The notes: generated by a model not told the origin, from the sequence alone. Counted from the stretch's first letter, positions 35,408 through 45,690 are shown. The stretch is 64,000 nucleotides of DNA from Dehalococcoidales bacterium (GCA_050018395.1 JBEKAC010000002.1:84429-148428), one strand, 5' to 3'. Made by a program: numbers and translations.

Positions 35408-36770
35408 CATTAATCCAACGGCCAACCGTTTTATCAAAGAGACCTTACACAAGGCCTATTCCTTCGAAGCGCTCCTCACTAGAATACAAGCAAGAACTCC
35501 TCAACATGGTACTAAAAGCCTCCTCGATACTGCCAAAGCAGTTAGTCAAAATATTAGCGCATCTATAAATATTGAACTAAAAGCGAACAAAAACCTATCT
35601 GTGGAACAAATAATTAATTTATGCACAAATAGGAGTCTGCTATTAGATTCCATACATGAAGTTGTATTCAAAGTTATTCAAGCGACGGAATATACCCTTT
35701 ACCCAATGGGATTGATAGCAGCGACGGAAATTTTAATCCAAGATATAATTCCTACTTTTGCGTTAATATTAAATCCTTATGAAGGTGGAACGTATAAAAT
35801 CACAGCTTACCCAAAGTTATTAGATTCATACAGGAAATCATTAGGACCGTACCAAAAAAAGGAAACTAAAAAAGAAAAAAGGTTACCTGAATGGATTGTT
35901 GTGTTGTCTTACCCGGCTGTACAGTCAAACAATATTTTACTTCATACGATAATGGTTGGGCATGAAGTAATGCATCTTGAAGATTGGGTATCCAATATAT
36001 CTTCGACGCTTATAAAAAGTGGACAAGTAAAAATCATAAAAAAAGAAGTACGAAGAGAAGCAAAGAAAACGAAAGAGAAACAGGGAGGAGAGTTATTTAA
36101 AAATACAGGGCCAGTTCTACGAAGTTGGCTTCGTGAGATCATTGCAGATTTGATTGCAATAAGAAGGTTTGGACCTGCGTACTTTTTTTCCTTTTTAAGC
36201 TTGTCCTTTGCTTTAGGGGTTATGGACCAATTCAGCGAACGCCACCCATCTTCGCGAACGAGACTTAAGCTTATGTTCGACGAGCTCCGAAATATGGGCT
36301 ATATGAGACCACGTAAGATAAACCAACGAATCGTCGAAGAACTACAATTTTGGGAAAACTATATTAATTCCAAAAATGTTTACCCATCAGGAAAATATCT
36401 TATCGCCTTGAACAGCATTTTACGCGCCAGGGAACGAATAAGGGCTCGTGTTCGCGCGTTAAATAGGAGCAAAGAATATACGATACACAATTTTCTAAAT
36501 GAAGTCCCAAAATTACTAGAATATCTTAATAATGGGATACCTCCTTCTGAAGTATTTGATATTTCGACTCATTTATCAACACCAGCCACTTTGAGTGGTA
36601 TCTTAAATGCTGGTATGTGTCAATATTTGGATGGGTTGAAAGAAATACAGGGATTATTAAAGAATGAAGGCAACCTGGAAATGCTTGCCATGACGAAATT
36701 TAATGAATTACTTTCGAGGGCGATAGAAGTCAGTATTGTTTTGCAAGAATGGAAAAAAGGAACCAGCTAG
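35379..36770 (+). CDS. HExxH-motif protein (putative zinc metallopeptidase, distantly ImmA/IrrE-like)
   Basis: IMVGHEVMHLEDW (HExxH), followed about 55 residues later by REIIADLIAIRRFG (E..AD..A, a possible third ligand). The GTG/TTG start is uncertain and overlaps the upstream gene end. Confidence 0.55.
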   Translation: MRLTKSKSDNINPTANRFIKETLHKAYSFEALLTRIQARTPQHGTKSLLDTAKAVSQNISASINIELKANKNLSVEQIINLCTNRSLLLDSIHEVVFKVIQATEYTLYPMGLIAATEILIQDIIPTFALILNPYEGGTYKITAYPKLLDSYRKSLGPYQKKETKKEKRLPEWIVVLSYPAVQSNNILLHTIMVGHEVMHLEDWVSNISSTLIKSGQVKIIKKEVRREAKKTKEKQGGELFKNTGPVLRSWLREIIADLIAIRRFGPAYFFSFLSLSFALGVMDQFSERHPSSRTRLKLMFDELRNMGYMRPRKINQRIVEELQFWENYINSKNVYPSGKYLIALNSILRARERIRARVRALNRSKEYTIHNFLNEVPKLLEYLNNGIPPSEVFDISTHLSTPATLSGILNAGMCQYLDGLKEIQGLLKNEGNLEMLAMTKFNELLSRAIEVSIVLQEWKKGTS

Positions 36771-36773
36771 TTT

Positions 36774-37445
36774 GTGAATGAAATGAACAAAGAAAACGGC
36801 AGTCAGCAACAAGCGATATTAGGAAGTGAAGAACTAAAAAAGCGTTTATTTCATAAGGATATCAAAGAGAGACTCGTCATCAGTCCACTAATTAGTGATG
36901 ATTTTGCAGATGGGACAATCGATATCAGGCTTGGTACGAAATATATCATGACGCAGCGAACCCAAATACCATCAATTGACCCAATCGAATCGGAACAGGA
37001 AGACATCTATAAATTCTTACAACGTGTTGACCTACCAATAGGGTCTAACATCACGATACACCCCCGGATGCTAATATTAGCTGCTACCCTTGAATATATT
37101 TGTTTACCTTTAAACTTATGTGCATCCGTGGTCACTCGCTCGACTTATGGAAGACTAGGTTTATTATCTGCAACCGCCGTTCATGTTCACCCAGGATTTC
37201 GAGGCTGCCTTACACTCGAGCTTGTGAATTTCGGTGATACGGCAATATTGTTATATCCCGGAATTCGTATTGCACAACTAATTATTTATAACGCAGGTGA
37301 TTGTGAAGCCCCTGAAGCACCAAAATATCACATGGTAACTGAACCTGAATTCCCCAAATTATGGAAAGAAAGAGACCGTAAGGTCTTAAGATACTTAAAA
37401 AAGAGAGCTGAAAATCTTAAGGTTTCCTCAACAACATTTTTTTAG
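36774..37445 (+). CDS. dCTP deaminase / dUTPase-fold (DCD-like) protein
   Basis: TIDIRLGTKY, TRSTYGRLGLL and VHPGFRGCLTLELVNFGDTAILLYPGIRIAQLIIY parallel the Dcd signature blocks, including the TLE glutamate. Confidence 0.7.
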   Translation: MNEMNKENGSQQQAILGSEELKKRLFHKDIKERLVISPLISDDFADGTIDIRLGTKYIMTQRTQIPSIDPIESEQEDIYKFLQRVDLPIGSNITIHPRMLILAATLEYICLPLNLCASVVTRSTYGRLGLLSATAVHVHPGFRGCLTLELVNFGDTAILLYPGIRIAQLIIYNAGDCEAPEAPKYHMVTEPEFPKLWKERDRKVLRYLKKRAENLKVSSTTFF

Positions 37446-37584
37446 TCAACTGGGCAATCCAAGAACAAGAAAAAAACGTGATAATGAAATACCTTTAAAT
37501 TTCAATCCAACAACGTGGGGGTTGTTAGTACAAAGTTGTGATAGGTACCGTCACAGCGGTCTAATAGATTGAAATCCTTAGGTT

Positions 37585-38469
37585 TTATTCTACAGGGTTT
37601 GTCTTTTCGTAGGCCATTTTGAAATACTTTGTAAGTAACGCTTCATACTTATTTATATCGGATTTAATGAGTCTGATTTTGTATCTTCCTGACCTATTAT
37701 TATAATCAAGTAATTCTATTCCAGACTCGTCTAGCTCATTTTGTATTTCATCGGACTTTTCTAACTTAATTTCAACGTTCAATCTATTTTTCTTTGGTCT
37801 GAATATCACAAAATTGTCAGCTTGGTTATTCCTTGCAAGCCCAATGTAAAATTTAGTGTACTTGAGTGCCAATGAACTATCGAGCTTTTTTATTATTTCG
37901 AGTAACTCGTCTGCCATTTTTACAGTTGAAGGCGTCCCTTTTATCGTTTCCCAATATGCGCGGTCAACATCCTGTACCGGCCCTTCCTCTTCCTCGAGGC
38001 CATACTTCAACTCATCTATAACTTTAGTAAATACTAGCGTTACATTGTCTTCAAATTTCATTGCCCGCATTTGTAGTGCAATCAGTGGAATAGAACCATT
38101 GAAAAGATTGATTACGTTTAAAAAACGGCTAGTAATATCTTCGGCAACTATTACTGCATGATGTTCGTATTGAGGATATCTTTTGTGCTCAATATCCCAG
38201 TATTCTATAGTCCTAATAATATGAGATTCGTCCGTAGGGCCTAACTGTACTTCCACCTCGTATCTATCAGATTGTTCAGCATCCTGAAAAAGTAAATCTA
38301 GTCTCCCAGCATTAGGCTGTGGACGCTCCCTGTCACGTAAAACCAGGTCGCCTAATCCTAATATTGCTGGGTCTTCGGCTATTCTATCTTGTACCCATTT
38401 TTCACTAAAATTTGGATTGTTTTTTAAAAAGAGTGTTTCAGGTTTTATGTACTTCATTGTTTCCTCCAT
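37585..38469 (-). CDS. PD-(D/E)xK-like nuclease-fold protein with a DUF5655-like C-terminus, third gene of the MTase-helicase operon
   Basis: GRLDLLFQD...YEVEVQLG...DESHIIRTIEYW resembles NucS/DUF91-type nuclease cores. 43 nt downstream of the helicase gene. Confidence 0.45.
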   Translation of the reverse strand: MEETMKYIKPETLFLKNNPNFSEKWVQDRIAEDPAILGLGDLVLRDRERPQPNAGRLDLLFQDAEQSDRYEVEVQLGPTDESHIIRTIEYWDIEHKRYPQYEHHAVIVAEDITSRFLNVINLFNGSIPLIALQMRAMKFEDNVTLVFTKVIDELKYGLEEEEGPVQDVDRAYWETIKGTPSTVKMADELLEIIKKLDSSLALKYTKFYIGLARNNQADNFVIFRPKKNRLNVEIKLEKSDEIQNELDESGIELLDYNNRSGRYKIRLIKSDINKYEALLTKYFKMAYEKTNPVE

Positions 38470-38512
38470 CTACGGGAATTCTAGATAATTATTGTTTTAC
38501 CTGTAACCGTCT

Positions 38513-41500
38513 TTATTTCCTTGGTAATACGACTTGATAACAAACAACACCAAGGTCTTCTTTTGTAATTGGTCTCGGAACTGATGTAGGTGTTACAGGC
38601 GCTAACCCAAACGACTTGATTATTTGCAGCATTTCCTGGGCACACTCGTTAATACCTAGTTTTTCTTGCTCCTGTTTTTTCCTTAATTGAGAGAGTGCAC
38701 GACGTACTAATGCATCACGCCCTACTCCCAAAGCTAAGTCCGCATTATCAAAATCCTTACCTATCGGCGCATCGGGATGGCGAAGTATCGTTAAAGCCCA
38801 TCGTTGGCTTGCTGGTAGACGCTCCTCTCTTGCCGCTGGGTTGGTCAAACGATTGTGAAATTCGCAAATATCAGCCGCCACTTTATTGAACAAGGCCTCA
38901 AGGTTTACGGTGTCTGGGATTGGAGAACCTGGAGCAGAAACAGGGTCAATCAGGCGGAGCATGGTTAAATCCTCGCGGATAATGTTGCCATCTGTCGAGA
39001 TATATCTCCAGTATCTTTCACCTTGTTTCGTACGACAGGCAAAGAATACACCGGGTACCTGTACTTTATTCTTCACCTCAGAGGTTTGAATAAAAGCAGC
39101 GCCAATACCCCAAGGTAATGATTTTAACCGCTCTAGTTCACCCTCGGCTAGAACGCGTAATAAGAGTGCTCGGAATTCCTCACCACGAAAGGAACCCGAT
39201 TCAAAGCCATCGTCCGAATCGAGTAAGGTAGCATCCCCAGCTGATAATCTCCCCGCATATTGAGTTAAATCGGCATATATTTTTGACTCTGTAGGAACAC
39301 TGGCCAACACTGGTGTCTCCATGCCGACCGCGGCATTGGCAGCAGCTATCTTCGCTTTAATGCGAGCTTCAAGCCCTAAAATCAACTCCAGGTCTCCCTG
39401 TTTTGGTAGTAAGGTGTAGAGGAAGGCTACATCATGAGGGCTCTTCAAGCGTATAACGCGGCCATTTCGTTGAACGACCCGCTGTGGGTTCCAAGGCATG
39501 TCATAGGAGATAACTGCTTGAGCTTCCTGGAGGTTTTGACCTTCAGATAACACGTCAGTACTAATGAGCAGGTCAACCTCTCCATCTCTAGGAACAAACT
39601 TCGGGTCTCCCGTAACTGAATGAGGACAGAAGCGCTCTAACATATATTCCCGAGTATCGGTATCTGTTTCGTTGCCTATGACCACTGTCCATTTACGCCC
39701 ACATGTCACACTGGGTTTTTTCTGAATAGCTTCCTGAATATATGTGGCAGTATCTTGATATGTTGTGAATACGGCCACCTTTTTAGCCTTGGTGGTCTTA
39801 AGCAGAATCCACAATTCTTGAAGCTTAGGGTCATCTTGTTTGCCCAGGGCTTCCAGGTTTTTATCTATTTCAGAAAGCGTGTTTAAGTCTTTTATTACAT
39901 CACGTTCAAATTCGGGTATAAAGCTACTAGGGAGAAGAATTCCTTCTGTATCTTCCAGGGCTTCTGCTGCAAGGTCGCCTAGCGGCAATCCACCTTGAAC
40001 CTGTGACGCGAGTTCCCTGATTGTTGATAAAGGTGGTATTGCTCCCTGGCTTCGCAGCACTTCTAGAACTACAGAGTTAGCTGCGCACATCATTTTTATA
40101 GTCTGATGCGCGCTATACCATGAGGATTCAAAACGTTTTAAGAGGCCAGACCGTATTAGTCCTGCTAAGGCTTCTTCGTCTGCCGCTTCGCCTGCCTTAT
40201 CCTTCCGATAAGCAGTCAGTCTGTATCGGGCCATGGTTAGAGAGTCAATACACTTCACAATTTCACGTACAATATTGGGATAAGCCTTATCCAGGTCATA
40301 CCGCTTTTCAATTAGCTGCGGTTTAGGGAATTTGACAGGTGTACCATCCGGGAAATGGTCATTCGGGTAATGTTTCTCTAAGAAGCTGCGATCTCTGCGT
40401 ACCGTTACCGAGTCTATTAGTGGGAATAGGCGTGCCTCAGAGATTGCTTCGGGGTCATTGGCACCTACTTCTAGAAAATATTTTCTCAGGCTTTTAATAC
40501 GCAATGGTGGATTGGCAAAGGCTCCGTCATGTCGACCAAAGAGAAGGAAAAGGCTATGCAAGTCCCACAAGGTGTTGTTTACGGGAGTCGCGGTCAGCAG
40601 CACGAGGTCTTTGGGAACGCCTCCCATAAGTTTGTCCATCGCCTCATACCAGGTAGTATCCGGATTACGGAAGGCATGGGCTTCGTCCACCACAATGAGC
40701 CGGTAAGCATCTTTATCAATGTGAAGTACCCGCTTGGTTCCCTCTCTATCGGTAATGAGTTGGCGGTCTTTTGCTAGTTCCTGATATGACACCACCTGAC
40801 CTGGGAGATTTGCGAGGTCGAGTCGCCGCTCCCATGTCCGGTCGCGTAGTTGGGCCGGTGAGATAATCAGCGTATGCACCCCTTTTTCTTTGGCATACTC
40901 CTGGATAAAAGCAATACCTATTTCTGTTTTGCCAGTGCCTACACCATCGGCATAGAGTACGCCGCGGTACTTTTCCAGAATACGGCGTGCCCGTTCGTAG
41001 CCATCACGCTGGAAGGCGGCTAGTGTACTCCCTGGGCGCGGTGTTTCAGGGGTCACTTCTTCAGGAAGCTCATCGCCATATAGTTCAAGGAGGGCACGGA
41101 GGAAAACTGTTTGCGGGTCAGTTTCAGGCAGCGGAGGCAACAACAGGTCAAGTAGCTCTGCTTTGAATTCTATGGCTTCGACCCACAGACCGTTGTACCA
41201 GTCTAGGGCCATATGCACGACATTAGGCTGGTAGTGAACAAGTCCTAATTCAAGATTGGAAGTCATTCCCGCGGATGTAAGGTTGGCTGAAGAGACCAGT
41301 GCCGTTCCCTGCCCCTTAAGTTGACCTTGGTCATTCAATTCTCCAAGTAGATAGGCTTTGCCGTGCAAGAAGCGCTGGGTATATCGCTTTACCTGGGTGG
41401 ACTCTAACCTCAATAAGGTTGCCACCCGTTCCAGCATCGCCCGGCGTAAAGGTGGAAAACTTTGGAAATCACGTTCCTTGCGAAGTACCTTTAAAGATTC

Positions 41501-41701
41501 CTCAAACTGGTCGCGTACCTGCGGTTCAGACTCTAGTTCTCGCTCCCCGTACATCAAGCCAGGCGGCGGTGCTGCCCCTAGGAGCAACCGTAGTGGGCGT
41601 GGAGACGTCTCAAGTAACCTTGCTAGAGTGTCCAACCCTCCCAACTCCTTGTGAGAGCCGTATTCATTATTATCTACCAGTTCATAAGGGCCACTAGGCA
41701 T
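38513..41701 (-). CDS. Fusion protein: N-terminal PLD (HKD) nuclease domain plus SNF2/DEAH-family helicase
   Basis: HKD motif LHGKAYLLGE...LVSSANLTSAG. Helicase motif I is DGVGTGKTE and motif II is VVDEAHAFRN. The C-terminal helicase lobe has TDVLSEGQNLQ...QRNGRVIR. The start overlaps the MTase stop (TAATG). Confidence 0.85.
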   Translation of the reverse strand: MPSGPYELVDNNEYGSHKELGGLDTLARLLETSPRPLRLLLGAAPPPGLMYGERELESEPQVRDQFEESLKVLRKERDFQSFPPLRRAMLERVATLLRLESTQVKRYTQRFLHGKAYLLGELNDQGQLKGQGTALVSSANLTSAGMTSNLELGLVHYQPNVVHMALDWYNGLWVEAIEFKAELLDLLLPPLPETDPQTVFLRALLELYGDELPEEVTPETPRPGSTLAAFQRDGYERARRILEKYRGVLYADGVGTGKTEIGIAFIQEYAKEKGVHTLIISPAQLRDRTWERRLDLANLPGQVVSYQELAKDRQLITDREGTKRVLHIDKDAYRLIVVDEAHAFRNPDTTWYEAMDKLMGGVPKDLVLLTATPVNNTLWDLHSLFLLFGRHDGAFANPPLRIKSLRKYFLEVGANDPEAISEARLFPLIDSVTVRRDRSFLEKHYPNDHFPDGTPVKFPKPQLIEKRYDLDKAYPNIVREIVKCIDSLTMARYRLTAYRKDKAGEAADEEALAGLIRSGLLKRFESSWYSAHQTIKMMCAANSVVLEVLRSQGAIPPLSTIRELASQVQGGLPLGDLAAEALEDTEGILLPSSFIPEFERDVIKDLNTLSEIDKNLEALGKQDDPKLQELWILLKTTKAKKVAVFTTYQDTATYIQEAIQKKPSVTCGRKWTVVIGNETDTDTREYMLERFCPHSVTGDPKFVPRDGEVDLLISTDVLSEGQNLQEAQAVISYDMPWNPQRVVQRNGRVIRLKSPHDVAFLYTLLPKQGDLELILGLEARIKAKIAAANAAVGMETPVLASVPTESKIYADLTQYAGRLSAGDATLLDSDDGFESGSFRGEEFRALLLRVLAEGELERLKSLPWGIGAAFIQTSEVKNKVQVPGVFFACRTKQGERYWRYISTDGNIIREDLTMLRLIDPVSAPGSPIPDTVNLEALFNKVAADICEFHNRLTNPAAREERLPASQRWALTILRHPDAPIGKDFDNADLALGVGRDALVRRALSQLRKKQEQEKLGINECAQEMLQIIKSFGLAPVTPTSVPRPITKEDLGVVCYQVVLPRK

Positions 41702-44700
41702 TAGCGTGCCTCCTTGCGGAACTTCTCTAATACCCGTTCCCGGTAGGCGGTCGCCACCGCCCGTTCCGTAAAATCACTAAAAATGGTATATAAGTCTGTT
41801 TCATCCAGGCCATAAGCGCGGGCAACGAGTGCATCTATCTCCGCCCGGACTGAATCACGGTTTTCTTTTAATGGCCCGATTTCTACACCTGATGCTTTAG
41901 CAAACTCAGTAAAGCGTTCATCAACGCAAGAAAGCCTAGCCGCCAGCTTCCCGATGCGTTCCCATGGTGTATTTTCAACAGTTGGGAAGCAGAGCATATC
42001 AAGGATGAAGAAGTTAACATTTGTCTCAACGATGCGCCGTGCTTGCCAATCGAAAGGCAGAGAATTCATTAAACCAAGAACAAACATCTGAGCGACTATG
42101 GTACCAGATGAGAATACCAGATATGGAGCCTTGTTTGTGAGTCCAGTCTCCGGTGGTATAAGGCAAGCAATAACTGTCCGTGCATTGGTACGGTTGGTAA
42201 CATCACGAAAAGCAATGCGAGCATTATGCAGGGGCAGAGTCTTCTTATCTTTGAGCACAATCGAGGAGAAGTACCTACGAAACTGGCTTCTTGTTGACTG
42301 GCGCTTCTGCTGTAAATATATTTCCAGTTCACTTAGCCTTGCATACCCTGCTGGTTCCTCCCCGTGGGGGGCATACTGGTCAAAGGAACGTCCTTTCCAG
42401 ACAGGAAGACCTTGTTTGTGGCTGAATAACTTCTTATTATGTGTTTCATGCAGTTCGGCAATAGGGATAACTTTCCAGATATTTGGATAACCGTAGTCAA
42501 ATCGTGGTCCTTTTCTGAGCTTGGCGAATACGTTGGCTGCTGCCTTTGAAGGCAGAAGAGGGACTTCCCATGAGGGCTCTTTTATAGGGTCGTCCGCAGG
42601 ACTTGGCGTCCACTCTCTTAAAGTCGTCAGGGGCACCCCTACTCCAGGGCTTTGAGAAGCTTTTAAAAACTCTTCCAGACTAGTTGAGGGGCCAGTCTGG
42701 TGCATTTCAGCATCTGCTGCTTTTACCCGTTCGGAAGAAACTAGCGAAATAGTGTACCTTGGCTCCATATTGAAAGCCCATCTTCCTGAGTTCAATAAAA
42801 AGTCGATTCTCTTTACGGTACAGTCCTTGAATAGCCACCTCCTGAAGCCCCTTGCACCATCTACTAGGAAGGCACTTCGTGGTAAAACGACTCCTAGATA
42901 CCCCTTTTCACGGGTTAGGTGACCATAACGTTCACAAAAAAGTTTATAAAGGTCTGGGTCGCCAGCGCCTTGTAGAATATACCCCCCAATAGGCCCAAAG
43001 AATTGCCGCTGGGAAGCCAAATCGCTGCTACGCTGCTCAAATTCCCTTTTAATTTCGGGGTAAAGCCTATCGAGTTCTTGAATGCGAGCTTGACGGTTAG
43101 CCTCATGAGTAATTCCTCTCAGCCCTGGGTTATAAAGTGCATAGAACCCCAGCTTTTCGATTGTCAATTCATTCCACGGGGGATTACCAATAACCACGTC
43201 AAAGCCGGGATTATCCCTCATAAATACATTGGGGAATACCAATGGCCAATGGAGGAAACGGCGGCGTTCTGCTTCTTGGTTGGCGGCTTTTACCAAACGT
43301 GTCGTTCCACCATTAAAGTCACCATCAATTATCTTCTGTATATCGCCAGTCTCAAGTGGATGACGGGCGCCGATAACTCCCAGAGGTTCCGCGCACCATA
43401 AGTTAAGACAGCGGGCAATACCTTCGGTGGACTGTTGAAGTTCGCGCTCTTTCTCCCTGGATATCGTCACTTCTTCCGGAGTGCGGTCGCCCACTTCAGA
43501 CAGCGCCTTGGCAATATCCTTGGCTCGTTGGAAAGCCAAGGTAATTGGGGAGCCCGGATTATTAGCACCAAAGAGTGGATTTGAGGCGTACAATGCATTC
43601 ATGTCTGCGATACCAATAAGGGCATCTCCAACCTTTAGATTGCTGCCCAGGTAGGAAAGAGATAGTCCGGGCACAAAGCTGGTGAGCCAGAGAGATATAT
43701 TAGCCACCTCAACTGCCATCGGTGAGAGGTCAACACCATAGATACAACGCTTTAAAATCAGGCGGCGTAAAAGCTGGCTATCTTCATAAATACGACCGGT
43801 GCCACCCTCCGAATCTCCTTTGAGAGAATCCAGTAGTTGCCTTATTGCCGGTAACGGGTGTTCAGCCAGAAAGAGTACAATGCGGTCGGCCATTACGTCC
43901 AAAGCCGCTGTCAGGAAGTGAGCGCTACCCATGGCTGGGTCAACAACATTGAAATCGAGCATCCTATAAGCAGCCTTGATTGGGTCAGTACTGGCAATTT
44001 CAGCTATTTGTTTAAGATGTTCATCCAATGCTGGCTCCAGAGAATACTTGATAAGGTGACGCACAAATTCATGACGAGTGTAATATACGCCCGCTGCTTT
44101 ACGACCGCCGCTCTCTGTCTGATAAAATAATTGATACTGCTGGACTTCTATTGCCTCACCGGCGTGTGCAGGTAAGTAACGGTCAGTACGTGTGTCATAT
44201 TTTAAGTTTTCCATTGCGCTTGTCAACTTTAATCCAAGTAATCCTTCATAGATAGCGCCCAAATGACCTATCTCCAGCCCAGCATAGTCCAAACCAGGAG
44301 AGTCCGGTTCATCGGTGGCGTATGCAATGACCGCCAGTGCTGGAGCGACAAAATTATCAGTAATTTGGGCACGTTCTAGAAGTTCGCTACCAGGGAAACC
44401 ACTAGCAGCAAATAGGCTGCCGTTATAAGCAGATACTCCTGTGGCTTTGTTACCTGTTCTAACCATACGAACTAGAGTAGTTAATCTATCCCAAAATTGA
44501 GTAGAGCGCCTATCCAAGCGCGCTAAGTCACGGCGAGCCGATGCTGCTAATTCCGTTGCTCCATAAGGCTTGTAAGCAGCTGAATCAACCGGTAGGAACG
44601 CAGCGGCTTCTGCGTAGAGGATAAATATAAAACGGAATACAAACGTTAGCGCAGCTGACTCAATATCTCGTAATAACTCTGGTTTGCTTAGGTCGGCACC

Positions 44701-45690
44701 TTCCTGGGAATGTAGCCATTCACCAAGTCCACGTGCGATATTTGGTAAAGCTTCATCACGAAGACGGCGTTCTATTCCCTCACGTAGTTGCTCCCCATAG
44801 TCTAATGATTCTTTTATCCATTTGTGGAGTTGGCCTTCTCTTTTTAAAGAGTCCGGCGCGAGCAGCCCTGCATAACCAATATCTTCAGTACCTAATCTCT
44901 TAATGTCTATTTCCAGATAACGACCTGAGGCAGCACCAACGGGTGGATTATTCCTAAAAAGGCGGAACCGCTGGGGAGTCGCTAGAATGCCCCAACTAGT
45001 ACCGTAATGCTCGCATTCTGCTAGTACCGCACCTTCGGGGAGAGTTCCCTGGTCTGAAGCATGGCTAAACATCGAAGGGTCAGAGTACGCATGGAGTACC
45101 GCAACTGGCTCTTCCTTATACCGCAGAAGATAACCTGTGCTTGTCGTCTCCAGCTGATAGCCCAGCGATTTAATGTTTTCCTGCCAGCCACGTTTGGGAC
45201 TAACACTCGTGGAGGATGAAGTTAAAAAAGCCCAGTTTTCAGGTCTACGTAATCGTTCCTGGACAAAGTGCTTTGTTAATAACCCTCTCAGGCCTACACC
45301 TGGGATACCTGACTCGTCAAGACGCAAAAACTCTGATGCTAAAACAGCAGCCGCTTGGCGCCGTGGCAAAGCACGATATTCTTCTATTAGCTCCAACATG
45401 GTTTCGAGCGGAATGGTTCGTACTGGAGTTTGGGGGTCTTGTGGCCCTAAGACACGCACCTTGTCCGGTTGCTCGGATGTTGAAATTACAATAACAGGCT
45501 GGGCACCGCCTTTTGACCTAGCGTGCCATACTGTCCGAAGGTCACTATCCCTACGACGTTCTGGAATCCATACTAAATCAAAGCTTTGAAGAGGCCATAC
45601 TGTGGCTGCTGTTCCTTGGTCGGGTTGCCAAGTTGTTCCCGGCCCTAACTTGGATTGTATTTGTGATATAACTAAATGTTGCTCAGTCAC
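41701..45690 (-). CDS. Large (1329 aa) N6-adenine DNA methyltransferase with a TRD-like C-terminus (Eco57I/PglX-like, type IIG/L-like)
   Basis: Motif I is VVDPAMGSAHFL and motif IV is VIGNPPWNE. There is a roughly 550-aa N-terminal region ending in WGILATPQRFRLFRN, and a long C-terminal specificity-like region. Confidence 0.85.
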   Translation of the reverse strand: MTEQHLVISQIQSKLGPGTTWQPDQGTAATVWPLQSFDLVWIPERRRDSDLRTVWHARSKGGAQPVIVISTSEQPDKVRVLGPQDPQTPVRTIPLETMLELIEEYRALPRRQAAAVLASEFLRLDESGIPGVGLRGLLTKHFVQERLRRPENWAFLTSSSTSVSPKRGWQENIKSLGYQLETTSTGYLLRYKEEPVAVLHAYSDPSMFSHASDQGTLPEGAVLAECEHYGTSWGILATPQRFRLFRNNPPVGAASGRYLEIDIKRLGTEDIGYAGLLAPDSLKREGQLHKWIKESLDYGEQLREGIERRLRDEALPNIARGLGEWLHSQEGADLSKPELLRDIESAALTFVFRFIFILYAEAAAFLPVDSAAYKPYGATELAASARRDLARLDRRSTQFWDRLTTLVRMVRTGNKATGVSAYNGSLFAASGFPGSELLERAQITDNFVAPALAVIAYATDEPDSPGLDYAGLEIGHLGAIYEGLLGLKLTSAMENLKYDTRTDRYLPAHAGEAIEVQQYQLFYQTESGGRKAAGVYYTRHEFVRHLIKYSLEPALDEHLKQIAEIASTDPIKAAYRMLDFNVVDPAMGSAHFLTAALDVMADRIVLFLAEHPLPAIRQLLDSLKGDSEGGTGRIYEDSQLLRRLILKRCIYGVDLSPMAVEVANISLWLTSFVPGLSLSYLGSNLKVGDALIGIADMNALYASNPLFGANNPGSPITLAFQRAKDIAKALSEVGDRTPEEVTISREKERELQQSTEGIARCLNLWCAEPLGVIGARHPLETGDIQKIIDGDFNGGTTRLVKAANQEAERRRFLHWPLVFPNVFMRDNPGFDVVIGNPPWNELTIEKLGFYALYNPGLRGITHEANRQARIQELDRLYPEIKREFEQRSSDLASQRQFFGPIGGYILQGAGDPDLYKLFCERYGHLTREKGYLGVVLPRSAFLVDGARGFRRWLFKDCTVKRIDFLLNSGRWAFNMEPRYTISLVSSERVKAADAEMHQTGPSTSLEEFLKASQSPGVGVPLTTLREWTPSPADDPIKEPSWEVPLLPSKAAANVFAKLRKGPRFDYGYPNIWKVIPIAELHETHNKKLFSHKQGLPVWKGRSFDQYAPHGEEPAGYARLSELEIYLQQKRQSTRSQFRRYFSSIVLKDKKTLPLHNARIAFRDVTNRTNARTVIACLIPPETGLTNKAPYLVFSSGTIVAQMFVLGLMNSLPFDWQARRIVETNVNFFILDMLCFPTVENTPWERIGKLAARLSCVDERFTEFAKASGVEIGPLKENRDSVRAEIDALVARAYGLDETDLYTIFSDFTERAVATAYRERVLEKFRKEAR

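Noticed and set aside
37585-45690. Calling the MTase/helicase operon BREX or DISARM
   Set aside because: The hallmark genes PglZ, BrxC/PglY, DrmA and DrmB (DUF1998) are absent from the operon and from the whole island. Only partial domain resemblance exists.
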